From Tubiluchus corallicola (taxonomy: Eukaryota > Animalia > Priapulida), in the NCBI GenBank assembly GCA_030141605.1, contig JAQGDQ010000032.1, positions 248,001 through 312,000 on the forward strand: 64,000 nucleotides of DNA, in the 5' to 3' direction. The notes below the pieces were generated by a model, which saw only the letters and a program-made list of their open reading frames with translations, made no database searches and was not told where the DNA came from. A program made the translations under genes and the position numbers. Positions 38,222 to 60,088 of the stretch are shown in pieces (positions within the stretch are counted from its first letter, which is position 1; each line of letters opens with the position of its first letter).

Positions 38222-41200
38222 TCTCTCTTTCCCTCTCTATCTTCACCCCTCCCTCTCTTTCCCATGCTCTCCCTCTCTTTCTCCAATAATTAAAAATAAG
38301 TAATAAATGAATTACCAACGTCTTTTGTTTCATCTTCTAGGATGGGCTTATTGTTGCTAGAGAAATGGCACCAGCCATGGTTAGCGATTCTTTAATTTCG
38401 TCACATCCGGTCAGCGCCACAGTGCATGATCCAAAAGAAATTGGTCATATATTTGATGCCATATCATACTACAAGGTAATCATATGTTTTATTAGCTGCT
38501 GCTGATATTTGTAGTTGCTAACTAACGTTGTCATTGTCAGTGTTGTTGTTCTTGAAAATGCCGTCGTCGTCGTCATCGTCGTTGTAGTTGTTACTACTGT
38601 TGGTGCTGTTGCTGCTGAAATGCTGTATGCTGCTGTTGTGATTGATACAGATGCTGCTCTAGCTGTGTTGCTAATACTGCTAGCGGTGGTGCCATCATTA
38701 TTGTCATCGCTGCTCCTCTTGTTGCTGCTGCTGCCATTGCTTATGTGTAGTTCCTGTTGTTGTTGTTGATGATGCTGTTGCTTTTGTTGCTTTAAGAATA
38801 GTCCAGCTGATTTTGGTTTTCTATTTGAATAGAAAATTCTTTAAATATTTGGCTGTTTTAATAGATTTTAAAGCTCGCATTTCTATTTTCAGGGCGCTTC
38901 ACTAATAAGAATGATGAGAGCAATGTTGGGCGATGCTGTTTTCAGAAATGGACTTAAAGTAAGCTCACTTGGAGAACTAAAATTTTCTGCCAGTTTTTTA
39001 CCTCATTTCCATGATCCATTGATTTTTCCAGTCTTTGCCAAGTGACCAAAGTAAAGGGTGTTCAATTTGTTTTTTTGGGGGGGGGAGTTGTATGGACACA
39101 TTTGCATATATAAATTTTTCAGTTTTTGTCATTTACATATATTATAGATTAAACCATTACCAATGAATAATAGTTATTAATGTGGGATAGATAATGCCCA
39201 AATTAAATAGTATTTTTCAATAATTCTTTTCCAAAATCTTTGCTTCCCACATTATGATTCTTCTTTTTATAACATTAGTGATAGTCGATATCAACGTCTT
39301 CGCATAAAATATTGCATTAATCATTGCAGTTTGTTTCATTGTAGGGTTATGTGACCGGTTGTGTGTTTTATGCAGTATTAAAATCTTAATTTTAATTGAT
39401 TTCAGCCAACTAGTAAAAGTAGTGACTATTCTTCTAAATCCTAAGACTACTTTCGCCAAGCCATTAGCGCCTTATGGATGGTAGAATCATTTGTTAAGTA
39501 ACATATTAATGTAGTAATGGATGATGCGAATTCGGTTGGTGGGCGTGCATTGATTCAAATCTTTCCTGTTGTGTAGAACACATAGAGCGCATTAAGACAA
39601 GGAACAGTGTTCATGTAAGAACCGAGTGAGGGCGTTGGAACTGCTAGATTTATGTTAAATTCATGAAAGCACCCACAAGCAGAGTGTTCTTATAAATTTA
39701 GTATTAAGTTTGTTACCCTAGCCCTACGCTAGGCTAACTGAGATGATATCTGAGTTACGCTGTGTATGATGTAGATAACGCAGCAATATACACATTTTGT
39801 ATAGACCCATAACGCATAATTTTTGAATTTATTTCTGAGCGTATTTGGGTTTTAAGAAAACGATGTAAAAATTCAATAATTAGCTAGTTTGCAGCAACTA
39901 GAAATTTCAAGAAGAAGTTGTACTACGACAACAGATTTACTATGACTACCCCTCTTTTTTGCCTACATAGTTGTTGAATACGGAAACTAACTAACCAACT
40001 GAATATGTAATTACAGGTTAGTTATAGAGATGTGTATCTTATGTGTATGCAGTCAGCAATTTAGTTGCTTTCCTTATTAAAATATTGACTGTATCCTCGT
40101 TTACTATGCTTGCAGACGTTTCTTCAAAATCATGCATATAGCACAGCCACCACAGCAGATCTGTGGACAGCATTAGGAGCAACAGCACGCAAATATGGAG
40201 CCGACATCGACGTGAAAGACATCATGAAGAAATGGACGGACCAGATAGGTTACCCAGTCGTCACACTGTCCAGAGTACCATCTGGTGGACAAATTCATAT
40301 TAGCCAAGAGAGGTACCTGATGCTGCGGAATGCGACAATAGATCTCAACCAAAAAAAGTGAGTTAGATTGCCAATGTTCAATGTTAATGTCTCTGTAAAG
40401 GTGTTTGTGCTCTGTTGTCCACCCAACGCTATCGCGTAAACAAAAAGGTATTTTCTATGTTTAAATTCCAATCAGCCGAGCAATCAAAGTAAAAATCCGA
40501 TGTTCTTTGCAAGGTGGCAGAAGGCCTAATCACAGTGTTAGGTGGTTGAACGATTTTTAGTAATGTATAGAGTATGGTGCCTACAGTAACAGTCAAGAGC
40601 CTTGATTTGATTTGATTTGAAAAGTAACCAAACAGGTATTCTTGGAAATGTATGCAAACCATACTTCTGGACAGCAAATGCGATATGATCGGCCGCAAAG
40701 TGGTTAAAACAATCAAGATTTACATTGGTTGCGTGCCATGCGAAATTTAAAAAGAAAAATGCCATAGTTGGCTCAACCATTTGCACAAACTAGTTAACGC
40801 ACGGTGTTGCGTTATTGTTCTCATAATAACTGCAGCAAGCATGCCGAGTCGTTACTGGGTTAAGCTGATTCCCAGTGAAAATAATCGCTGGTAAATAGCG
40901 TATTTTTTTTATAGACACCGTAGCCAATCAACAACAAAAACTCTTACATTGGAGTGTACAACAATCACTCTGAAACTAATCGGCTAAACTACATTTTCTC
41001 GTTTGTCTCGTTTAGCGGAGCTACCGGTCCGTGTAAATTTTATAACCCTTGATTTATAAAATGGCTGGTGACATTTAAGGGATCACTCATAAAACTGGTG
41101 TAACATCAGAAACAAATTGGCAATGAAAATGATAAGCGATAATATAAGCAAAATTGCGTCATGTCTATGGGATTGGGTTACACAGGCAAATTCCACAAGG

Positions 41201-41727
41201 GATCCCGTTTCTGATGTTTAATTTCAAATTCATTTGCATTTGCCGTTTATGTTCTTGGCAACAACGTGAATATCAGCAACAAAATCTAGAATTATTACTG
41301 CTCAAAATCATACAGTTTACAAATTTTTTACGGAATTTTTGGTTAATGTTTAGCGACGATTGATGTTTAAATCTAATGCTAGAGCATCTCTAAACAAACT
41401 ACACAAATAACGTTTACTTTATTCAATAGCTGCCATTTGGTTTGTTTAAATTTATGTGGAATTGTTCAGTAAATTATGACTATTAACGTTTTATCACCTG
41501 TTTGAGTAAACTATGATATTGTCTTTAATTGTCTAGATTCGTGTGGAAAGTTCCGATAACAATAACAACAAAGTCAGAAAGAGACTTTGATGAACCACGG
41601 CTAATTTGGTTAACTGAGAAAGATGGTAAGCTGAATGTTAGGCTTACTTACGGCGGATAGTAATATTAGGATTTCTTTTTATTGATAATTATAGCAAGTT
41701 AGTTACAATCTTACATTTGTTTGTTTG

Positions 41728-41759
<32 letters not shown>

Positions 41760-44700
41760 TGCGTGTGTGTAGGACAACGAGAAATATGCTGCACATGTCT
41801 ATTACTCTTACAAGTGTCGAATTTTTCGTCTAAATTGGCTCCAATTTCCAAATAACCCATGTACGCAAGACTAGCTGTGTCGAAATGTTTTGCGGTGATG
41901 CGTCCAAATGTGTGAAATTTATTTTGTGTCCCTCAAACGCTTACTGGCAATGCACAAAATAGAAAATTAAATTTACTTGTCTTTACGAATATTCATGTTC
42001 ATCATTGTTCAAATTAAATCATTCTTCTAATTTCAGCTTACTTCGATACGGATTACATTAAAGATGATGACTGGATCATTGCCAACATCAAGATGAGAGC
42101 ATTTTTTCGAGTTAATTATGATCGACAAAACTGGGAGGATCTCATAAGACAGCTGTATTTCAACCACGAGGTACAATATTTATTTGCTTAAAAATCTGCT
42201 GATAAAAATTAAAGGAATATTTTCACTATAATTAATTAATGAAAAATTATTAACGATTATCACAACGATAAAATTACAGAAACGAAAAATGCGAATATCA
42301 GTGTCCTCGCAAAATATAATACATTATAGTTAACCACGCCGTGGTCATAACTGAATTAATTATGTAAATAACAAGGTGCGCACTTCTATATAGCTATTTC
42401 ATTACTTCACAATGAAAAACCATTTAATATTCTTGTTGTACATTTGACTGCTAAACGGTATTTTTAATTAAGAAAAAAGAAGCAAAAATAATTCTTGTAT
42501 AAGATCTTTTCGAGACAAATAAAGAAAATCGTTAACACATTAAATGATTCGATATCAATAAACCTGAAGAGTAATGGCTTCAGTTCAGAAACTAAGTTAC
42601 TTAGTAGGCGTAAGTCAACCTAATCCTTAGACCAAGCCATCATAAGCACTTGTTTTGAAATGGCCTCAAAGGTGTTTTATGTTTCAGCTAGTAGATGCAG
42701 TTAATAGAGGACAGCTCATTGATGACGCATTCTGGCTGGCACGTTCTGGACATGTAGAACAACCTATACCCTTCAAAATAATACGATATTTGGTAAAAGA
42801 AACCGAGTACTTGCCGTGGAAACTGGCGTTTGACAACTTTTATGAACTCTATGGTTTACTTTCTTTATCACGATCTTTCGGCAACTTTAAGGTAAGCTTA
42901 AAGCACGCCGTTAAAGGAAAGAACATCACTTCGCATGGTTTTTTACTGTTATTACTTAAACTTAGAAAAATATAACTAAGAAATTTGCAAAAAATCGTCT
43001 ATGAAGCCCAAAGGCAATTTATACTACCAATGTATAAAAGTTTTCAGGCGCAGTGGTTGCCGCCGTTCACTTAAAATTGTGATGTAACTGGTGGACTATG
43101 TGCCTATTCGTAAGCATGCGCTGCTTAAACTAATTCAAGCATGTGCAGCTTAAGTAATATTCATGCAAAAATATCACAAAATTAGTTATCTAATTTTTTG
43201 TAGTTATACTTTTAACGATAAATTTACAGCGCTGTGCTTTTCTTCAGTCGATGAACGACGTCATTGGTGGAAAAATGGGGCGTTCAAAATGGGAACGACC
43301 CAGCGTGAAATGATCGCGACTTTAAAATGATTTCACTAATTACACTAAGTGCTTATCACACTTTTATTACTAAATCTTTCTAACACTTTTCGCAAACATT
43401 GAAATATGCCTAGCTTTCCGGGACGCTTGGTCTTTCCTTGAACTCGAAAAAGTAAAGAATGCGAAAAATTAGGTTTCTGATATTCATAGTTTCCACATTA
43501 ATCTGTAAATGGTGGAAAACTACAGTATGATAAGTTAACAATGAGTAAGCAGAAGCACAAGAAAGCAGTTGTGAAAACCGAAGACTTTTTAAAGCTGTAG
43601 CCTATTTCGTGTAGGCCATCTGCACAGATTGAAAAAACTTTCACTGCAAAATAAGAAATTGAATACTTAACTAGTTGTGTTGACTGTAATTAAATAAATT
43701 AATCTATTGCTTGATTTTAAAGCTTCTTTTTATATATACTTTTCACAACTCTTTGGAATCATGATCAATTTTTTGTATGTTTATTACTTAGCTGTGGAAA
43801 CATGGTCACTTTTTGGTATGTCTAATACTTACTTATGAAAACATTATCATATCTGGTATGTTTATTATTTAGCCATTTAAGTAAGCTACCATAATTACCT
43901 AGAAAAATATTGCTACATCTTTGCCAATAATTTATTCTTCTGTTGGTGTCATGAAACATGTTTATGTACCATTCTGTTTAAAAGCAGTATGCATGATTAA
44001 ATAAACAGAATTCTATTAAATTGGTTTATGATTAAATCTGGAAATGTCTTTTTGGTTTTGCAGACTTACGTGGTAAAACTGTTATCACCTATGTATGATG
44101 AATTAGGCTGGAAGGAAGCCATCGTGGACGATGCTATGAAAATGTGAGTTGCTAGTGAAATATTTAAGAACAAATAATAGATAATAGATTTTAATGTATT
44201 GCTCTGTGCAATCCTCCAAATGCAGATGTCAGTTTGTAAACCCTTATCATCGTTCGTTTCATATTAGATCTTAACCCCATATAATTACGACGCACAAAGC
44301 AAATATTATGTAACATCAACTGAATGAGCGCCTTCTATGGGTTAGTGATGATAGTCTAAATGTGGACATTGGCTAAAATCGTCTCCCTTTTATACGCATT
44401 TTCTCAATATATATTTTTTTATGAAACAATAGGCTTCTGGAAACCCCACTGGTTTATATCTTGTTGTTACATTGTTTTTTTTGGTAAAACCAAAAGTGCA
44501 CTTTTAATTGATTGCCCATTAAAACATTTATCAGCTTCCTGATGGGTCTTCATTCTTGAATAAGCCAGTTAAAATGACTACCCTAAGCTGCAATGCCAAC
44601 TCTTATTGATTTCTGATGTCATATAGAGTCTTTCGAAAAAACTTTGATTTGACGAAAATACCAAGTTGTTCTGACCGAGCATTGAACTTTTTGATGCGCA

Positions 44701-47700
44701 AAATGATGCCCTGAACGTGCTTACAAATTGCTCATACGTTGAGGAAATCTATTCGATTTTATTACCGTCACTTCAGTTATCGTTTCAAAAATCTGAGTAC
44801 AAAATTGCGTGATTAATGGTTTTTGTATGGCACTTCTTTAGTTGAAAATGAGGAATCACTTCAAACTGTTCTATGGGATGTTCACAAAATTACAATTAAG
44901 CTGAAGTCAAAACAAAAGTCAATTAAATTTATTTTAACGTATTCAATTATCTTCAAGCATTCATTAAAATCATCAAACAACTGAAAGTATCATGGCAAAA
45001 GGGCATGCTAACGTGAATTTCTGTACACACCCACCTTCTGCTTACAGATCATTGAGGTCGATGGTGTTGAGGGCTGCATGTCAGTTTGGCCATCCACACT
45101 GTCGGCAGCATGCAATCCAACACAGGTTATGGTTGTCAAAGCATGAAACGTGAGTCTTTATTGGAATCTTTATTTCGATTATTTGTGTCATCAAACATTT
45201 AAACAAATAGAGCCTTAAGTTGGCTTGACGGTTTCTTTGGACTGGACTTGAGTGAACTTAGATGAACTGAACTGAACTAAACTGGACTGAACTGGACTAG
45301 CCTGGACTGGACTGGACTGGACTGGACTGCATTGGAAGGGAATGGACTGGGTTGAACTGATTAGAGCTGTACCTCCAGTACAATTAACTGAAGTGGATTG
45401 GATTGGCGTGCGCTAGTTTGACCAAACTAGAGTCACCTGCAATAGTCTACACTAGATTAAACAAGATTATATCAGACCGGATTAGATGTCATTCGATATA
45501 GACTCCACTTAAATGGAGTTTGAACAAATTTAGCAAATGATTAGCTTTTGCCAGCTAGCAAATTTTCAAGAACACATGCACTTCTTCGCTAATGCCAAAT
45601 GTTCATTATACTAATTTGCTAATTTGTTTACATTCGATATTATATATTTCTCAAAATTACATTTCTTTTCTCGAAAATAGTGACAAATATTGTTGTGTTT
45701 TCCTTTAATTAGAGGTAAGGGCTTCGTGTACTGCACAGCAATAGCTGAAGGGGGAGTTAGTGAGTGGGAGTCAGCATGGCAAATGTATACAGACAGCAGA
45801 AATGGCAATGAGAGACGTGAACTGCTTGAAGCTTTGGCTTGCACAGTTCAACCGTGGCTTATACAACGGTAAGCTTTAAATAATATGTTTCAAGCACCTT
45901 TTCAAGTTTCATGTGAACGAAACTAATAATAGTTGTTCGCTATCATTACTGCTGCTTCGTATATTGTTTGTAAAATTGACAATAATCAATAATGCCATTA
46001 CCTGTAAAAACTTGCATTTATAGGTATTTAAATGACACTTTGAATTCTCCGATGGTGAAACCGAGAGAAGCCGTATTTGCCATATCAGCACTTGCAAGTC
46101 AGCCAATAGGAAGGAGCTACGCGTGGGCATTTGCACGTTATCACTGGGAGGCTTTGATCGAAAAGTAGGGCTTTATTGCTCAGTCTTCGACGTCATAACT
46201 GTAAAGTTGAAGATTGTAAAATTAATTTAGACAAGCTGTAGGTTAGACAATTTAAGAAATGAAAAACTTAGTAGTAAGCTTGGCGTTTGTTATATTAAAA
46301 AATATTTGCTTGCAAAAAGTCAGAAGTACGTGTAAAATGTGTTCAGTGTAAGTGCAAAAATTGTAATTTTGTTTGAGATCATTTTTTGCCTAATTCAATG
46401 TAAGTACAAAAATTGTAATTTCGTTTGAGATCATTTTTTGTCTAATTCAAAAGGTTTAATTTGTTTCAGATTTGCAGGAAATTTTTTTCTCAAGAGGATG
46501 TTAATTTTCCAAATCACAAGATACTTATGTCAAGAAGAAGAGCTGAAAGAGGTGATTATCTTGTTGATATCTGTGAGATCATCTTCCTAGACAAATTTTG
46601 TTCGGGAAGTTAGATTCTATAAATATATTAGTTATACATGTACTACTAAGAAATAATTTTTGCGAAACTAAAATTATTGTATTTATTAGAGAAACTTGTT
46701 TACCCTGCAAGACATTCAACTGCCAGTTCTTTTTAAATGACTGGGCAAACATCTGAGAAATTTTAAATAACATGCTCATTCTTTGCTTGCACGGCCTGAA
46801 AACATGTTTTAATTACGCCAATGTATAGAAATTCAGTAAGACGTTAAAGATGAATTATTTCGACAACTTTTCTAAAAGAGTTTTGCACTGTAATCTGTAG
46901 ATCAGTTTTCACGTTAACGAGAATCATAATATCTTCTAGTGTGCGTTTTCATTTCATCTACTCTTCGAGTTGTCATTGAGGTTGCAGCGCTTGGAAGAAA
47001 ACGTGGTGTTACAACAGCTAATGTTAATACACACCTGATATTTTATTACAGAAAAAATAATGCATAATGTAATAAAAATCAACAGATAATGCATAACAAC
47101 TAACAGATAATGTAATAAACTACGCATAATTGTAAAACCCTCCAAAACACATCATGTAATACACAAAGTTTAACGAAGTTTCTCATAAGTAGTACTATAA
47201 GTTGGGAAAATAGACTCTGCTTGATATGGTATAATATTAAATAATACAGAATGATTTGGATGTGCCTCTAAGGTACAAAAACTTACTTTAAATTACTTTA
47301 CATTCTTATATTTACTGTGTTTTCGATAGCACATTGCGACATCTCACGATGTTACGCGCGAATTAATACCAATTGATAGTAGAGGAAAAACTGAGTATTA
47401 AGCAAGTTGAAAAATCAAAACACGCCCAGAATATTGCCTTTCAGTCTAGGCGTATATATATCCCAGATATTTAAAAATACTGCATGTAACGCAGTCGCTT
47501 TATAATTTTTTCGTAACTTTTGTAAACCTAGCAGCTATAGGATCTCAAACATTGTACAGAAAGACTAACAGTTCGTCAATTAGTCTGTTTCATGCTATGT
47601 CTATTTTAAATCAGTATTCTACTTTAACTACACTTGGGAAAAATCGCATCCTTTTTACTGCAATAGATTTTGCGAATGATCATTATAGTGATTGTGATAT

Positions 47701-48040
47701 TGTCTCCTAGGTATTATTTTGGTTTGCTCGCAATGAATTTTATATACCCAGCTCGAAATGAATTTTATTTTGTTATGTGTTTTATTACTCTAATTATGCA
47801 TGTAAACAGATATTATGCTAGTAATGAAATCATGGTTTTAGGTGGGTTTTAAACGTCGTTGTTATTTTAATTTTACCTTTTTTACAGTTAGAAAACTTCG
47901 TTTCCCAATTACCGGATGCAGAAGCAAATGATCTACCTTGGAGACAAGCTGTAGAAAAGGCGCGGGCAAATGCTAGATGGCTCCACCAGTCAGATACAAT
48001 CATTGTTAAATGGTTCGAGGATAACGTCGAAAATTTGTAG
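26358..48040 (+). CDS. Aminopeptidase N-like M1 zinc metallopeptidase, type II membrane, 983 aa, 18 coding exons
   Basis: In-phase GT-AG exons: 26358-27061, 29353-29508, 31231-31348, 32081-32201, 34924-35078, 37725-37838, 38341-38475, 38893-38958, 40116-40357, 41537-41625, 42037-42170, 42688-42891, 44064-44143, 45048-45149, 45713-45868, 46024-46164, 46470-46551, 47888-48040 (2952 nt). Features: N-terminal TM, Thr/Pro stalk, [90 protein letters not shown] and an ERAP1_C-like tail. Confidence 0.95.
27160..27285. repeat. Imperfect (CAT/CGT/CAC)n trinucleotide microsatellite
   Basis: Directly visible in APN intron 1; source of the His/Ser/Asp-rich spurious ORFs. Confidence 0.9.
27866..29135. mobile_element. 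Foldback-like element: inverted arms built of ~15-bp tandem subrepeats
   Basis: Left-arm units such as tttcaccagtg / tttgtcagt / ttccccagtg (27866-28065) are mirrored by right-arm units ctggtgaaa / actgacaaa / actggcgaaa / actggccaaa / ctggcgaa (28870-29135). Confidence 0.55.
28600..28822 (+). mobile_element. Partial copy of the TTAA MITE family at 42915-43438
   Basis: Shares caaaatg...agcgtgaa.t.atcgc.a.tttaaa.tga....taattacac..g.gcttatcaca and ends in ...ctttaa. Confidence 0.65.
32569..32990 (-). mobile_element. Inverted copy of the TTAA MITE family at 42915-43438
   Basis: Begins ttaaaggaag; cccattttgaacgtccgtttttccaccaatgacgtcgttcatcg is a near-exact reverse complement of 43249-43293. 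Confidence 0.75.
34300..34390. repeat. (GAT/GAC)n microsatellite
   Basis: Directly visible. Confidence 0.85.
37037..37640. repeat. Compound pentamer microsatellite: (ATTGT)5, then (AATAT)n-(AATGT)n-(AATGC)n-(AATAC)n-(AATAT)n
   Basis: Directly visible; ends ~85 nt upstream of APN exon 6. Confidence 0.97.
38140..38285. repeat. (CT)n pyrimidine tract
   Basis: Directly visible, upstream of APN exon 7. Confidence 0.9.
41716..41770. repeat. (TTTG)n(TG)n(TGCG)n microsatellite
   Basis: Directly visible. Confidence 0.9.
42915..43438. mobile_element. TTAA-target MITE (Kolobok-like termini)
   Basis: TTAA|AGGAAAGAAC ... GGTCTTTCCT|TGAA: a short TIR with TTAA/TGAA flanks. Two related copies lie elsewhere in APN introns. 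Confidence 0.7.
45238..45435. repeat. (GAACT/GGACT)n pentamer microsatellite
   Basis: Directly visible; a more decayed tract of the same type lies at ~35420-35630. Confidence 0.85.
46345..46450. repeat. Tandem duplication, ~52-bp unit x2
   Basis: tgtaagt(g/a)caaaaattgtaattt(t/c)gtttgagatcattttttg(c/t)ctaattcaa occurs twice, just upstream of APN exon 17. Confidence 0.9.
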
Positions 48041-50611
48041 CTGTGATTAGAAGGAAGCAAGTATAGGTTAGTTACTACTTTATAGCTGGAAGGAATATTC
48101 TTAAAACTACCTGATTGCCGGATATGGATTGTTTTATCGATTTTTGGAAATACTTGACTTCTGATTACATATTTTGGAAGCTTTATCTTTGCTTGCGCAA
48201 TTTCGTTGCCAATATTACTTGTTGTACAAGCAGAAATTGCTGCATATTATTTGTGCAAGTCAGAATATTCTACAACGCAACCAAATGGCTTTATTGAATT
48301 AGGTGACTCAATTAACTTCCTTGAGAATGCTCCTTGATTAAGATCATTCAACACTGTATGTTTATTTAGGTAGACACGGTACATAAAAGAATTTTTCATA
48401 AATAGATAAAAGTGTTACGCTGCAGGGAAGGCGAATTTAATTATTGTTGTGTATTCAGCATTTAATAATGTATCTTCACTTTATAGTCATCTTGTACAGA
48501 CAACTGTCACCTAGTTTTTACCAAGTCCCAGAAGGCTTGTTTGTTAATGAAAACGATGTGAACAACCACAATGCTTGTAAAGGGCATATAGGTCTGCCCT
48601 AATCTTGCACAATTTTTGATGAAAATAATTAAAAGCAAGTAAGTCATATAACTTAGATTATTAATAATTAACAAGGTTCATTAATGAGAGATGCGAGGAT
48701 ATTCTTTGTCTAAAAACAATTCCAAGACTTGGGCAGAGTTTCTTAAATACATTTGATGTACAGTGATATGTTACGCAAATTGGCGTTATCTGTATTATAA
48801 ATAATTTAAATGCATTATGGCAAAGTGAAAGTTCGCTACAGATTAGCTCATAAACATGCAAAAACAGTAATTTATAAGCTATAAATGGCAAAGAATTGTA
48901 CGTTAAGCTTCTTGCATTGCAAAATGCATTTCAATAAATTTGAGGGTTCATACTCCAATTATCAAGTCTGCATAATATGTAGGAACATAGTGTCAAGATA
49001 GCATCGTACATACGTCTGAGTAGTTGTGCCTTTGTTATTAGTATGAAGTGTCTTTGCGGTTTGTGTTATGGGGTCTTTCATAATTGCATCTGGTTAATTA
49101 AGGACCCTAGATAAATCAATAGACGATTGGCTAACAGCCCTACTTACTTTTACCGGATACTGATATCGCATGATTCAAAATAATATTCTTTCGAGCTAAT
49201 TTTATGTATTACGTAATGACAAAACTCTTCTAAAATGTTTTGTACATTAAAAGACGAACTTTAAATCTTTCTCGTTTTTCCAGTTTTATTTTAGTACCTT
49301 CACTCCTTACAACCTCCAAATGTTAATCGTTAATCGTTTGTTGCACCTTAAAAACGATAATCATTCTCCTTCACAAACAAGTCTAAAACAATTAAAACAT
49401 ATATAAATACTCTTATACATTATCAACTTCAACAGTACAAAAGCGTTTTCAACAATAATTAAGTTTATACGAATATATGACTAGATCTTTTGCAAAACTA
49501 TATAGATATCTTGGCTTCTCAGCTAGTGTGAGTCTCACTAGAGATAGAGTTTAGAAGTGTCAACATTATAATAGTAAATTCAAGGTAGCCACCATTTTTA
49601 TTACACACAAACACCCTAATTATAAAACTAAAAGATGGACATTAAATTATTGCAAACAAGAGTACCCGTTTTAAGTTTGCTTGATGACAGATGCAAACAG
49701 AGCCACCCCCCGACGAAATACAGCTATTTGCAATAGAAATGTCACGTTTTACTCAACATTATTATGATAAAAAGCGTTTTACAACTAGGTTACATTACTT
49801 TTTAAATCCACACCTATACAAGGGCTTACAATAACGCAAAGCTGTAAGCTTATTGCTACAATTATACATTCATATAGTTAAGCTCAAAACACTGCAAACA
49901 TACTTATGTTTACACCTAAGTAATAATACTACAAGCAGTAGCAAGTTAAAAATTAGCGCAAAAAAAACGACGCACAAAAACTATCATATTGCATCAAATT
50001 TTATATCAAAATTTCTCTGTACAAATAGCGATTATCGTAAAAAACTAGAATAAGAAATTAATTTAGATCTCATTCCATTATTATTCCAAGCTGTATTTAG
50101 CCTATTTCCGGCTGCAACTATTTCCTCTATTGAAACCTCTAAGAATGGTTTATACTTTGCTTGAGGAAAACTAATTAACAACTAACTTCTATATAAACAA
50201 ACAATAGTGTATCTACCAAGTAAATTAAACAGTAATAGATTAATACAACACAACATTTCTAACGATTGGTTGTTGCTGTTGTCTACAAATTCGTCGGTCT
50301 TGATCACATTATAAACGACACTCAGCCTGTAAAAGTAAAAAAAGCTTTACCACTGTATCAGTATTTCTTATATTATAATAATAATAATAATGTTTAATTG
50401 CTCCAAGTGATTATAACTATTTTAATTTTTAGTAAAGCTTCATCCATAGTACATAGGCAATTACATATTGCACTGATTACTACATAGCTATTTGTCACTA
50501 TCATTAACATTAACAAATCAGGAGTTTAGTACTAAGCAAACACTGATCCATATTTTTCTCAGGACTGTTACAATTCAAGAAAAACATTAAATTCTACCTT
50601 TTGTATTAGGC

Positions 50612-60088
<9,477 letters not shown>

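Noticed and set aside
45869-46469. Apparent loss of an APN C-terminal exon (absent from the ORF track)
   Set aside because: The exon is present at 46024-46164 ([47 protein letters not shown]) and in phase, so the gene is intact.
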